64,000 bases of DNA from Firmicutes bacterium UBA2203 (GTDB lineage Bacteria > Bacillota > Desulfotomaculia > Desulfotomaculales > Nap2-2B): the NCBI GenBank assembly GCA_002327235.1, contig DCUX01000004.1, positions 28,020 to 92,019 on the forward strand, in the 5' to 3' direction. Numbering within the stretch: position 1 is the stretch's first letter; each line of letters begins with the position of its first letter. The position numbers were made by a program, and so were the translations under genes. The notes below the pieces were generated by a model. The model ran no database searches. It saw only the letters and a list, made by a program, of their open reading frames with translations, and was not told the DNA's origin. Positions 35,272 to 44,653 of this stretch are shown piece after piece.

Positions 35272-36072
35272 ATGAAAATGCTAACCTTATTGGATAAAAC
35301 CCGTACTTTGAATAAACTGCTCCAAAAGTCAGCCGGGTACCCTGTTGATTTTAAAGAAGTAGCCCTTCTTTTTAGTGAGATCATTGAATGTAACGTTTAT
35401 ATTCTTGACCGCCGGGGTAAACTTTTAGGGTTTAACTACGGCAACCCGTTTACCTGTGAAGTAACTAGGAGTTTTATAGAATTTCAAGGCAGCTTTCCCG
35501 AAGAATATAACGAAAAGCTGTTAAAAATTAACGAAACTCAAGCAAATGTTGGGGATTATGTAGAATATTGTATGTTTAAACCTGAATTAAACTGTAAATT
35601 TAAGAACAGATTAAATACCTTTGTCCCTATTATTGGGGCCGGTTCACGTTTAGGCACCCTGGTTCTGTCGAAACTGGAGGATAAATTTACTTGTGAGGAT
35701 TTGGTATTGGCCGAGTATGGGGCTACGGTGGTAGGGATGGAAATCTTAAGAGCCCGAGCTGGACGGATGGAGGAAGAAGCCCGCAAGCGGGCTACCGTAC
35801 AGGTTGCTTTAAGCACTTTATCATACTCTGAGCTAGACGCGATAAAACATATTTTTGCTCAGTTAAATGGTGAAGAAGGTCTCCTTATAGCTAGTAAAAT
35901 AGCTGACGAGGTGGGCATTACCCGTTCGGTAATTGTAAATGCGCTGCGTAAATTTGAAAGCGCCGGGGTAATCGAGTCCAAGTCTTTAGGGATGAAAGGC
36001 ACTTACATTCGGGTCTTGAATGACCGTTTATTAGAGGAAATAGAAAAATTAAGCCATCAAATAAAACTTTAA
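35272..36072 (+). CDS. codY: GTP-sensing pleiotropic repressor CodY
   Basis: 266 aa. GAF-like N-terminal domain and a C-terminal HTH ([26 protein letters not shown]). Confidence 0.95.
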   Translation: MKMLTLLDKTRTLNKLLQKSAGYPVDFKEVALLFSEIIECNVYILDRRGKLLGFNYGNPFTCEVTRSFIEFQGSFPEEYNEKLLKINETQANVGDYVEYCMFKPELNCKFKNRLNTFVPIIGAGSRLGTLVLSKLEDKFTCEDLVLAEYGATVVGMEILRARAGRMEEEARKRATVQVALSTLSYSELDAIKHIFAQLNGEEGLLIASKIADEVGITRSVIVNALRKFESAGVIESKSLGMKGTYIRVLNDRLLEEIEKLSHQIKL

Positions 36073-36073
36073 G

Positions 36074-38077
36074 TTAATTTTCCGCTAATGGGTACCCTCT
36101 TAATTGGTTGCCAAGGGCCAGGTAAGCTAAAACAAGCATGGCGTGCGACCAGCCCAGGGGGATTACCCAGGCCGGACCACCTACTTGCTTGTTTACTTGC
36201 TCGGGCAGCAAACCAAGCGGGTTGGCGTTTTTTATTACCCACCGGTATAAAGATAAAGCCTTTTCCTTCTCACCGCGTAAGGCATAGATAATACCTAACC
36301 AAAGAGTGGTTATGACCCAGGGGTTGCCGCCGGCGTAAACATCACCCTGGTAGCGGTGAATGCCGCCTACCTGTCTATTAGTAAGAAATTTTTCAATTGC
36401 CTGGATGATTCTGTATGTCCAGAAATCAGTTGGTTTTAAGACTCTGAAAGGAAAAACCAGGCCGGCTAAGGCCGCGTCAATACGCCGGTCCTGTTCTGTC
36501 CAGTAAACAGGGTAAAGCCCTAAAGGATCGGTGGTGGACCATACCTGATAACCATGCTCCTTATGCCAGTGATACTCATTTAAGGAGATGCGCCGGTTAA
36601 TCCCCCGTAAAAAACACCTAGTTTTAGCCTCCCACTGCCGGGTCAAAATTGCTTTTTTTACCTTTGCCGCCGTCTCCCGCCACAAAGCAGCTTTGACCGG
36701 TTCCCCTTTAGTCTTGGCTAAGACCGCAGCCGCTTTTAAACCACCGTAGGTTGCGGCTGCAGCATAGGTGCTTTGACAAAAATTATCTTCCCATAAATCA
36801 AAGCTAGGTTGAGGAAGGTTGTTAGCCGGTGAAAGGGAGCGAAGCAAATAATTTACTCCCAAGCAAACGGAAGGCCAAACAGCGGCCAAAAAATTTTGCT
36901 CTCTAGTAAGGGTAAAGTGGTGGGCATAGCCCCAAAGCACCGCGCCTACCTGGTCAATCTGGTGGCCCCAAAAAGGAGCCCATCTGTCATCCGTAAAGTA
37001 TCTTTGTTTCCAACTACCGTCGGTTTCCTGTGCCTTTAAACAATAAAAGTAAAAGTCTCTGGCTTCTTTGTAAAAACCGGCTTCGTCCAGGGCAACCGCG
37101 GCAAAAAATCCATCGCGCGGCCAGCAATAAGCGTATCCCCCACAGCAAGAGTAAAAAGGGTCAAACTCCGGAGCGGCAATTATTCCTCCTGTTTCCCGGT
37201 GACAAAGTAGTTTTAAAGTCAATAAGGAACGTTGTATCTCATCAGGCACCCTATTATTATCCTCGGGACTTTGCTCCGGCGTTGAATTTTTTTGGCCCCA
37301 ATTTTGCCAAAAAGAAACTGTTTTATCAAGCCATGATAAAGCAGGCGTATTAAGGGTGCGGGTATATAAATCAAGCACCTGCCTTTCGCTGGAAGCAAAA
37401 GCTAAATAAAGGGCAATTTCCTTTTCTTCGCCTGGAGCCAGAAGACCCAACTCCCATTTTAAAATCCCTGCTCCTCCCCGCAAATTAGAAGAAGCACCCG
37501 GAAACCTACCCTGGCTAGCCATATCTAACAGCTCTTCTCCCTCATCTTCCTGTCCGCAGTGATAACCGGTTAAGGGATAGTTAGGTGCCGCCAGTAAAAG
37601 ATAAGTATTATAACGAAATTGAATTAAAGCCTGGTGGCTAAACTTAAGATACAGGGTATCGTATAAAGGGGATTCGTCAATTAAAAATAAACAGTATCCT
37701 ATCAGGGAAAAACTACGGGTTTGTTCTTTTAGATTTTTTATTTGGTATTGCCGGATTAAAACATCTGTTTCAGGTAAAATAAAATCATAAAGTTTCACGG
37801 CTAAACCCATTTCAGAATGAACTAGATTTGTTTTTAAGACGTTGTTTCCCGGTAAATATTCCTGTTGAGCCTGCCAGGCCGGCGTATGAAACCAGCTAAC
37901 CGGGGAGTCAGAGCACCTATTTATTTGTATGCCTACAAAAAAACGGCCTAAATGCTGGCCTTTATCAATATGAGGCCAAAAAATACGGAAAAGCTCCCCG
38001 TTATCTTTTATCGCGGCTAACATCTTACTATTGCCTATTATTCCTCCTGTAAGCTGGGGGGACAAGAGTTTCTTCAC
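36074..38077 (-). CDS. glycoside hydrolase family 15 protein (glucoamylase/glucodextranase-like)
   Basis: 667 aa. Beta-sandwich N-terminal domain plus an (alpha/alpha)6 domain with CWPRDG and DLWEDN motifs. Confidence 0.8.
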   Translation of the reverse strand: MKKLLSPQLTGGIIGNSKMLAAIKDNGELFRIFWPHIDKGQHLGRFFVGIQINRCSDSPVSWFHTPAWQAQQEYLPGNNVLKTNLVHSEMGLAVKLYDFILPETDVLIRQYQIKNLKEQTRSFSLIGYCLFLIDESPLYDTLYLKFSHQALIQFRYNTYLLLAAPNYPLTGYHCGQEDEGEELLDMASQGRFPGASSNLRGGAGILKWELGLLAPGEEKEIALYLAFASSERQVLDLYTRTLNTPALSWLDKTVSFWQNWGQKNSTPEQSPEDNNRVPDEIQRSLLTLKLLCHRETGGIIAAPEFDPFYSCCGGYAYCWPRDGFFAAVALDEAGFYKEARDFYFYCLKAQETDGSWKQRYFTDDRWAPFWGHQIDQVGAVLWGYAHHFTLTREQNFLAAVWPSVCLGVNYLLRSLSPANNLPQPSFDLWEDNFCQSTYAAAATYGGLKAAAVLAKTKGEPVKAALWRETAAKVKKAILTRQWEAKTRCFLRGINRRISLNEYHWHKEHGYQVWSTTDPLGLYPVYWTEQDRRIDAALAGLVFPFRVLKPTDFWTYRIIQAIEKFLTNRQVGGIHRYQGDVYAGGNPWVITTLWLGIIYALRGEKEKALSLYRWVIKNANPLGLLPEQVNKQVGGPAWVIPLGWSHAMLVLAYLALGNQLRGYPLAEN

Positions 38078-38295
38078 CTTTTTATCTCCTTTTAATCATA
38101 AAATACTTGCTAACCTTTTTATTTTTTATAAAAGAGCCAATAATTATTAAGATTTGTTATAGAATTAAAGTTAAAGAATTAAAAATAAAAGGAGAAATAT
38201 TTTATATTTTAGCGGGTAAAAATAACCTATTTCCGGATAGGAAATACTTCTTTTTTAGCGAATCTGTTAGGTAAAGCAATATATAAAAAGAAAAG

Positions 38296-38826
38296 GTGAG
38301 GGAGAAAATGGATGAAGCTGTACTGCTAGTAACAAAATTAATGTCTCTGGCGGCACGCACCGCCCCTAAATGCATGGGACAAGATTATGTAGAAACAAAA
38401 ATTATTGCGGGGGAAGAGATAGAAAGGCTGGCCGCGGAAATGGTAAGCTACGGGCAAAAAGCAAAAAAAGCTAACTTTGACCGGGACGCCGAAAATGTTC
38501 GCCGTTCCCAGGCGGTATTTTTAATTGCCCTGCGGAAAAACATGCCGGTGGGGTTAAATTGTGGCGCATGCGGCATAAATGAATGCGGTTATTTAATAAG
38601 TGAAGAGGGAAACGAGTTTGAAGGCCCTTTGTGTGCCTGGCGGGTACTGGATGTAGGGATTGCCTTAGGTTCCGCCGTAAAAGTAGCCAGCGCCCTAAAC
38701 GTAGATAACCGGGTCATGTACCGGGTGGGGGTAGTGGCCCGAAAAATGGGCCTGATTAAAGGACCCCTGGTGGTTGGTGTCCCAGTTTCGGCCTATAGTA
38801 AAAATATTTACTTTGACCGGGGGTAG
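38296..38826 (+). CDS. DUF2148-like protein with a ferredoxin-like Cys motif
   Basis: 176 aa with the central CGACGINEC motif. It resembles the uncharacterised DUF2148/COG4739 family, recognised from memory only. Confidence 0.55.
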   Translation: MREKMDEAVLLVTKLMSLAARTAPKCMGQDYVETKIIAGEEIERLAAEMVSYGQKAKKANFDRDAENVRRSQAVFLIALRKNMPVGLNCGACGINECGYLISEEGNEFEGPLCAWRVLDVGIALGSAVKVASALNVDNRVMYRVGVVARKMGLIKGPLVVGVPVSAYSKNIYFDRG

Positions 38827-39043
38827 TTTGAAAAGTAAAAGTAGTTGTAAAAATATTTTTGGTACTTACCACTAGAAATTGCTTTAATTATTGCTTTGGT
38901 TACTATAAAAAGAAGTGATTTAATAAAGTATAAGAAGTATAAATTGTCCGTTATTATTATTGTTAAAATATAAATCATTTATTATAATTAAAACAAGTAA
39001 AAATATAAAATATATTTGCTGTATAAAATTAATAAATTAAATA

Positions 39044-39369
39044 TCGTCGGTGCCTTAAAGCAAGGCGAGCTTTAAGGAGAATAGGGAATCAGGTGTAAGT
39101 CCTGAGCGGACCCGCCACTGTAACCAGGAAATTAGGTGGTAAGTTTAAGCCACTAGGGTAGCGCTTTTGGGTTATAATAATCTTCGGTAGCAGCAATTTA
39201 TCACGGCGTAAATTAAAGGTAAGCGGTAACTGAACTTTCATAAACTAAGTGTCAATGAGCGGGACAAATAACCGTCTCCTGTTACGCCGTCACGAATGTA
39301 AACTAAGCGTTAATCTGGGAAGGCGGCCAAAGTGCGTTAGCAAACTGGAGCCAGGAGACCTGCCGGCGG
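39044..39369 (+). promoter_or_regulatory. cobalamin (AdoCbl) riboswitch with an enlarged peripheral insertion
   Basis: Conserved core AATAGGGAATCAGGTGTAAGTCCTGAGCGGACCCGCCACTGTAA and B12 box AGCCAGGAGACCTGCC (39349-39364). P1 pairs 39044-39051 with 39361-39368. Confidence 0.85.
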
Positions 39370-39396
39370 CAAAAAAACCGGGGATGATGGTAAAGT

Positions 39397-39428
39397 CCAC
39401 GGCCTGTTAGGCTGTGGGCTTTTATTTT
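39397..39428 (+). terminator. riboswitch expression-platform terminator
   Basis: CCACGGCC-TGTTA-GGCTGTGG followed by GCTTTTATTTTA. Confidence 0.8.
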
Positions 39429-39486
39429 ATGGCTTATTTTAAAGAAGCTTATTTTACATTTTACTTATTTTAAAGGGGGTATTTTT

Positions 39487-40551
39487 GTGCTTTTAGAAAA
39501 AACACTTAACGAAGTTGGTGGTCTTGACGAGGAGGCCATGAAGCTGGCTCAAGAAAGGCTGGATAGCTTAATTAAGCCGCCCGGCAGTTTAGGGCGGTTG
39601 GAAGGAATAGCGGTCCAATTGGCGGGTATAGCCGGCCAGGCCCGTCCGGAAATAGGAAAAAAAACCGTAATTGTCATGGCGGCAGACCACGGGGTGGTGG
39701 CCGAAGGGGTAAGTGCCGCTCCTCCGGAAATTACGGCGCAAATGCTGCCTGCTTTTTTACAAGGGGTGGCGGGCATTGGAGTTTTAGCCCGCCAGGCTGA
39801 AGCACAGTTAGTGGTAGTGGATATTGGGGTGGCGGTACCGGTAACTTATCCCGGAGTGGTAAATAAAAAAATACGGGCCGGCAGCGCTAATATAGCCAGA
39901 GGCCCGGCCATGACCAGGAATGAGGCGGTTCAAGCTTTAGAAACCGGGATAAATATTGCCCGGGAGGAAATAAAAAAAGGAGCCACTCTTTTAGCCACCG
40001 GTGATATGGGTATTGGCAATACCACCCCCAGTAGTGCGGTGTTTGCTGCTTTAAGCGGTTACCGGGTGGAAAAAATCACCGGTCGCGGTACTTTGGTTAA
40101 TGACGAGGTGCTGGCCCGAAAAATAAAAGTTGTGGCCCGGGCCATTGAAGTAAACCGTCCTGATCCGCAGGATGGCCTTGACGTAGTGGCTAAAGTTGGC
40201 GGCCTGGAAATTGCCGGGCTGGCGGGGGTAATTTTAGGTGCTGCTGCCTGCCGGGTGCCGATAGTTCTGGATGGTTTTATAACTACGGCGGCAGCCCTTA
40301 TTGCCTTTGCTTTACAGCCCCGGACAAAACAATTTATGTTCGCCTCACATCTTTCCGGGGAACAGGGCCACCAGTTAATGCTGGACTACCTGGGCCTTAA
40401 ACCAATGCTTTATCTAAATATGCGCCTGGGCGAAGGAACCGGCGCGGTTTTGGCCATGCCTATAGTGGAGGCGGCTGCCCGCATTATTAAGGAGATGGCC
40501 AGCTTTCGTGATGCCGGGGTAAGTGACTTGGAGGAAGAAAAATTACTGTAG
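39487..40551 (+). CDS. cobT: nicotinate-nucleotide--dimethylbenzimidazole phosphoribosyltransferase
   Basis: 354 aa with GDMGIGNTT and EGTGA motifs. GTG start after AAGGGGG. Confidence 0.92.
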   Translation: MLLEKTLNEVGGLDEEAMKLAQERLDSLIKPPGSLGRLEGIAVQLAGIAGQARPEIGKKTVIVMAADHGVVAEGVSAAPPEITAQMLPAFLQGVAGIGVLARQAEAQLVVVDIGVAVPVTYPGVVNKKIRAGSANIARGPAMTRNEAVQALETGINIAREEIKKGATLLATGDMGIGNTTPSSAVFAALSGYRVEKITGRGTLVNDEVLARKIKVVARAIEVNRPDPQDGLDVVAKVGGLEIAGLAGVILGAAACRVPIVLDGFITTAAALIAFALQPRTKQFMFASHLSGEQGHQLMLDYLGLKPMLYLNMRLGEGTGAVLAMPIVEAAARIIKEMASFRDAGVSDLEEEKLL

Positions 40552-40563
40552 CTGAGGAAAAAA

Positions 40564-40601
40564 CACCAGTAGGGGCGTTAAATTTAACGCCCCTACTGGT
40601 G
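40564..40601. terminator. perfect 38-nt palindrome between convergent cobT and fbp (family C variant)
   Basis: CACCAGTAGGGGCGTTAAA|TTTAACGCCCCTACTGGTG. On the minus strand TTTTTTCCTC follows, which is good for terminating fbp. Confidence 0.8.
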
Positions 40602-40624
40602 TATCTACTTAACTAACAAACTAA

Positions 40625-41719
40625 TTAACGTACTTTTTCAAAACGGTCTTTTAATTTTTTCATTACCTGGGGCATGGTAGTGTATTCCATTTCGTTTTCG
40701 GGCAGGCGGTGGGGCTCAAAGGGTCCCTGGCTGCGCATGTAGTTGGCGATAAAGTTAGCCGTTTGCCGGGCCTGGTCAAAAGCCAGGTCTTTAAAGAAGT
40801 CCTGCGGGCCAATTAGTTTTCCTTCGCATAGTTGAAAACCTAAGGCAATTACCCGCGGTGGTCCGTCAAAGCGGGTGGGAGTAGACTGTTCTATACTAAC
40901 CGGCATTAAAGGACCACAGTGGGAGCCGCGCATCCAGCCGCTGACTAATTGAGGATTGGCAAAAGGCTCCAGTACTTCTCCCACGGCCGGCATGCCGCTT
41001 TGGCAGCGCACAATTAAAACCGGGTCATCTTTGCCCACGTAACGGCCGGCCATTAAATTAAGCCTTTGGGTGCTGGAAATAGCCGCTATATCGCCTGTTT
41101 GCTTATGAAAAATGCTTTTTATACAATAGCGTCCTCGCGTCCCGATAAAGACCAATAAATCATAAATTTCCTCGGGGGCAGAAAAAATTACCTTTTTGTT
41201 TTCAATTAAGTCCCGCACCTCAAAAAGAAACCCTTCGTGCATACTGGGATCAATAACCAGCCCGGCGGTGTTAAAAGGATCGGCAAATATTTTATACAGC
41301 GGCAGGTTCCAAGCCCCGGGTTCAGTTTTGTCGGCCATAAAAATAATAATTGGTTCGCTCCTTCTTTCTTCTAAGGTCATTTCAGCTACCCCGGGTCCCA
41401 GTCCCTTAACGTTACCGGAAAAAGCATCGGATAGTAAATCCTGCCCGGCCCCGTAAAGCTTGAATTTTTTCGCTATTTCAGTGCAGGCTTGAAAGGTATC
41501 CCAGGCCAACTGGTGAATCTCCCCGCTGTTGCGTTCAAATTCGTGCGTCATAATTAAGTTAATGTCGTCACCAACGTGGGTAACGTAAGAATCAATTAAA
41601 TGGGGGCTGCCTGAAAGGATACCCTGAGCTTTTTCCAAAAGAGCCGGGTAAACATTGGAGTGACCTACGTAACTGCCCACATCTGCCTTAATAACGGAAA
41701 GAGTTATTTTTTTACCCAT
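40625..41719 (-). CDS. fbp: fructose-1,6-bisphosphate aldolase/phosphatase (class V FBPase)
   Basis: 364 aa, collinear with the archaeal-type bifunctional enzyme (SVIKADVGS, GAGQDLLSDAFSGNVKGLGPGVAEM, WMRGSHCGPLMPV). Confidence 0.92.
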   Translation of the reverse strand: MGKKITLSVIKADVGSYVGHSNVYPALLEKAQGILSGSPHLIDSYVTHVGDDINLIMTHEFERNSGEIHQLAWDTFQACTEIAKKFKLYGAGQDLLSDAFSGNVKGLGPGVAEMTLEERRSEPIIIFMADKTEPGAWNLPLYKIFADPFNTAGLVIDPSMHEGFLFEVRDLIENKKVIFSAPEEIYDLLVFIGTRGRYCIKSIFHKQTGDIAAISSTQRLNLMAGRYVGKDDPVLIVRCQSGMPAVGEVLEPFANPQLVSGWMRGSHCGPLMPVSIEQSTPTRFDGPPRVIALGFQLCEGKLIGPQDFFKDLAFDQARQTANFIANYMRSQGPFEPHRLPENEMEYTTMPQVMKKLKDRFEKVR

Positions 41720-42057
41720 GATTTAGCGCTAGCCTCCTTATAAAAAATTATTAATAAATTATTAATAAATTGGGTGTGTAATAAATTAACGGGTAAAATT
41801 AAACGATTTAATTTTAATTCTTCCTTTTGGGAAGGGCTTACTAAAATTTATTAGTTTGGTGAAAAATTAACCTTTTTTATTTATTCGCTAACCAGTCGAT
41901 TTATTCCTGCTTACCGGGTAATTTATTTTCTTTTATTTTTTAATTAGAGCCAACTATTTTCGTTAATTAAGGGAATTAAGCTACATTATTTAATTTTAAC
42001 CCGAAAATAGATTGCCACCTATTTTCATTGGTGGTTATGCCTTATAGGCATGGGTGG

Positions 42058-42279
42058 TTAGGAAGGTATTAACCAGTTGGCCAAAGGCTTAAAAATAGCT
42101 TCAATGGCTTTAGTTGGCGAAGGCAAATTAAAACCCAGCACTAAAGGGACGGCAAGGACCATTCCCAGCCAGAGGAAAACGGCAAAGGCAATCAATTCCC
42201 GCCACATTTTATTTTTGACCAAAGGAGGTACTTGAAGGTAAATAATAAATAAAAAAACTAGAATCAGTAAAAAAATCAA
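42058..42279 (-). CDS. small two-TM protein, putative germinant receptor D-type subunit
   Basis: 73 aa with two hydrophobic helices. It starts 16 nt after the gerxC stop on the same strand. Confidence 0.55.
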   Translation of the reverse strand: MIFLLILVFLFIIYLQVPPLVKNKMWRELIAFAVFLWLGMVLAVPLVLGFNLPSPTKAIEAIFKPLANWLIPS

Positions 42280-42294
42280 GGCTTAAACCACCCC

Positions 42295-43497
42295 TTACTT
42301 CTTTAAAGAAGCCCTTCTTCCCTGCATACCGGTATCCCTTAGTTTTACTTTCACCGTCAAATAAACTTGGGCGTTGGTAAATTCTTCATCCCAGCGGTTT
42401 TTAAGCATTGACCATTCCCTTTTATGCTTGCAGTGGAAAGCCTCCCCAAAACCAAAACTGTCCACTTTATATTCCCCCTGAACTTTGTCTAAGGTTGTTT
42501 TTATATGCTGCCTTATTTCAGCGGCGGCTTTATTTTCTACGATCTTTATCATTTCCGGCTGGGTAAAGTCCTCTTCGTCCTGTTGCTCAATTAGGTCTAC
42601 TTCAGCCCTTACGGTCAGGTAAAATTTAATTTCTCCCTTTTGGTAGGCCGGCTCGATTTTTGTATTACCTGCTATTACTTTTAAAGATATATTTTTATCC
42701 GGGTATATTGGCGAGGGTACTGTAATCCTCATTTCATGCATTTCCCCTTTTATGCAACGTAAACCCTGGGTCTCCCTACTGTCTAGCCAGCCTATAAGTT
42801 TATCTCCTTTAAAAATAGCCGTCCCGGTGATAACAATTTCCTGGTGGTGGTGAACCTTTTCCAGGCCGGGACCCTGTGCCACCCCCTGATTTTTTAATTC
42901 CACCCGTGTGAGAACCGGGTCAGTCCCGCGGCTGGCCAGGTCCTGACTGAAGTCCCGGAATTTTACCGCATAACCTGTTCTAAACCGGGCTAAAAAACCG
43001 ACCGCTTGGGCAGAGGTTATTTGCAGTTCCGAATGGCTTTCCAGCACTTTTTTTGCCTCCTGTGGGGTAGCCATAACCCATACTGTTCCCCGGCTGAGCG
43101 GCTGGCGGTGGAAAAAGTTATTTACATCCTTAACCCCGTGCCGGCACAACCTTTCACCTAAAATTAAAACCACGTTATGGCCCAGGTAAAGGTGACGGGA
43201 TACTTGCTGGGATAATTTATCTTGGGCGTCAAAAACAGTATCTCCGGTGGCGGAGATCACCCAGGTAATATTTTGATTCATCGCGGCTCCCCCGCCCGGA
43301 CCTCCTCCCATGCCGCCTCCGCCAAAAGCCGCCGGTCTGGCCAACTGGTAAGTAAGCTGGATTTTATTATCTTTAGTGTAATCTACTCCTGTACCCAAAA
43401 TAATGGCAATCTCGTTTAACTCTTTTTTGCTCCAGCAGCCGGAAATATTTAACGTTATGAAAAGTAAAAATAAAATTAAAAAAAGTTTTTGCTTCAT
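42295..43497 (-). CDS. spore germinant receptor subunit C (lipoprotein)
   Basis: 400 aa. The signal peptide ends at the lipobox NISGCW. GerAC-family body. Confidence 0.88.
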   Translation of the reverse strand: MKQKLFLILFLLFITLNISGCWSKKELNEIAIILGTGVDYTKDNKIQLTYQLARPAAFGGGGMGGGPGGGAAMNQNITWVISATGDTVFDAQDKLSQQVSRHLYLGHNVVLILGERLCRHGVKDVNNFFHRQPLSRGTVWVMATPQEAKKVLESHSELQITSAQAVGFLARFRTGYAVKFRDFSQDLASRGTDPVLTRVELKNQGVAQGPGLEKVHHHQEIVITGTAIFKGDKLIGWLDSRETQGLRCIKGEMHEMRITVPSPIYPDKNISLKVIAGNTKIEPAYQKGEIKFYLTVRAEVDLIEQQDEEDFTQPEMIKIVENKAAAEIRQHIKTTLDKVQGEYKVDSFGFGEAFHCKHKREWSMLKNRWDEEFTNAQVYLTVKVKLRDTGMQGRRASLKK

Positions 43498-44594
43498 TTT
43501 TTACCCGTTTCCTTAATTAAAACAATTATTAAGAGCAAAAAAGGGATTAAAAATTCAAAGGTAAGGGCATAAAAGGGAAAATCCTCGGTTAAAAAATTTA
43601 AAAGGTCAATAATATTGGGGTGCAAAAGGTAACTTAAGGAGGTAACAATTACCGCTAAAGGTAAGATTAAAGGATGGTAGTCTTTTAATCCCAAAAGCTG
43701 GGCGCTGCCTAAAGTGGCGGCCCAGAAAAAAAGAGTGGCTTTCACCGTACCGCTGGTTATCCAAATAACTATAGGGATTATCTCTAGTCTTTCAAAAAAG
43801 TTGGCAATATTAATCATTTTGGTGCCATTTAAAACGGGAAAAAGGTAACTGCCGGTCAGGGCGGGGCCAAAAATAAGCAGGACCCCTACGGTGGACAATT
43901 CGATTAAAACTAAAACGAAAAACAAGGCTTTAATTGTCAGGCGGTAAACGTTCTTTTGTTCCGCCAGGTAAGGGATGATAACCGCCAGGGTAATAATTTC
44001 CCCAAACCAGGAAAGGGGAGTGAGAGTACTTTTGGCCAGGGATAATAAACTGGTGTCAAAAACAGGTAAAATGTTAACTACTTTCATTTCCGGGGTAGCC
44101 AAAACAAAAAGGATAGTTAATAAGCCTGCGTTAAGAGGTAAAAAAAGCTGGCTAAGGCGGGCCAATACTTCCAAACCACTATAGGCAAGGTAAGCAAACA
44201 TAATGGTACCGTGAATAAGAAATACTACCAGGGGTGTTTCGGGCATAAAGGCCGCGACAATGGTGGAACAGTATTCCCGGTCTACTAAAGCGCAAAGGTG
44301 AATAAACAGCCAGACATAAAAAAAACCAATAATTTTGCCCGGGAAACGGCCTAAAATACGGGGAAGATATTCAAATAAAGTCTGACCCGGAAAGCGCAAG
44401 CTTAAATTTATGACGACCAAAGAAATTAAAACCCCGCCGGCAAAGGCGACCAGAAAAGATAGCCAGGCGTCTTGTTGAGCGTGGGCCACCGTGTTTTGCG
44501 GAACAAAAAGAATTAAGGTGGCGTAAATCATGGTCACCAGTAAATATAAGGTTTGTCGGGCGTCAATCTTACCGCCTTCGAGTATTTTACCCAC
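43494..44594 (-). CDS. spore germinant receptor subunit B (permease-like)
   Basis: 366-aa multi-TM protein. It overlaps the subunit C start by 4 nt. Confidence 0.88.
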   Translation of the reverse strand: MGKILEGGKIDARQTLYLLVTMIYATLILFVPQNTVAHAQQDAWLSFLVAFAGGVLISLVVINLSLRFPGQTLFEYLPRILGRFPGKIIGFFYVWLFIHLCALVDREYCSTIVAAFMPETPLVVFLIHGTIMFAYLAYSGLEVLARLSQLFLPLNAGLLTILFVLATPEMKVVNILPVFDTSLLSLAKSTLTPLSWFGEIITLAVIIPYLAEQKNVYRLTIKALFFVLVLIELSTVGVLLIFGPALTGSYLFPVLNGTKMINIANFFERLEIIPIVIWITSGTVKATLFFWAATLGSAQLLGLKDYHPLILPLAVIVTSLSYLLHPNIIDLLNFLTEDFPFYALTFEFLIPFLLLIIVLIKETGKK

Positions 44595-44653
44595 CCCCTC
44601 CTTTTTTAAGGTATAAAAATCTAAAATTAAGAAAGAATTTAAGCCCCTATCCT

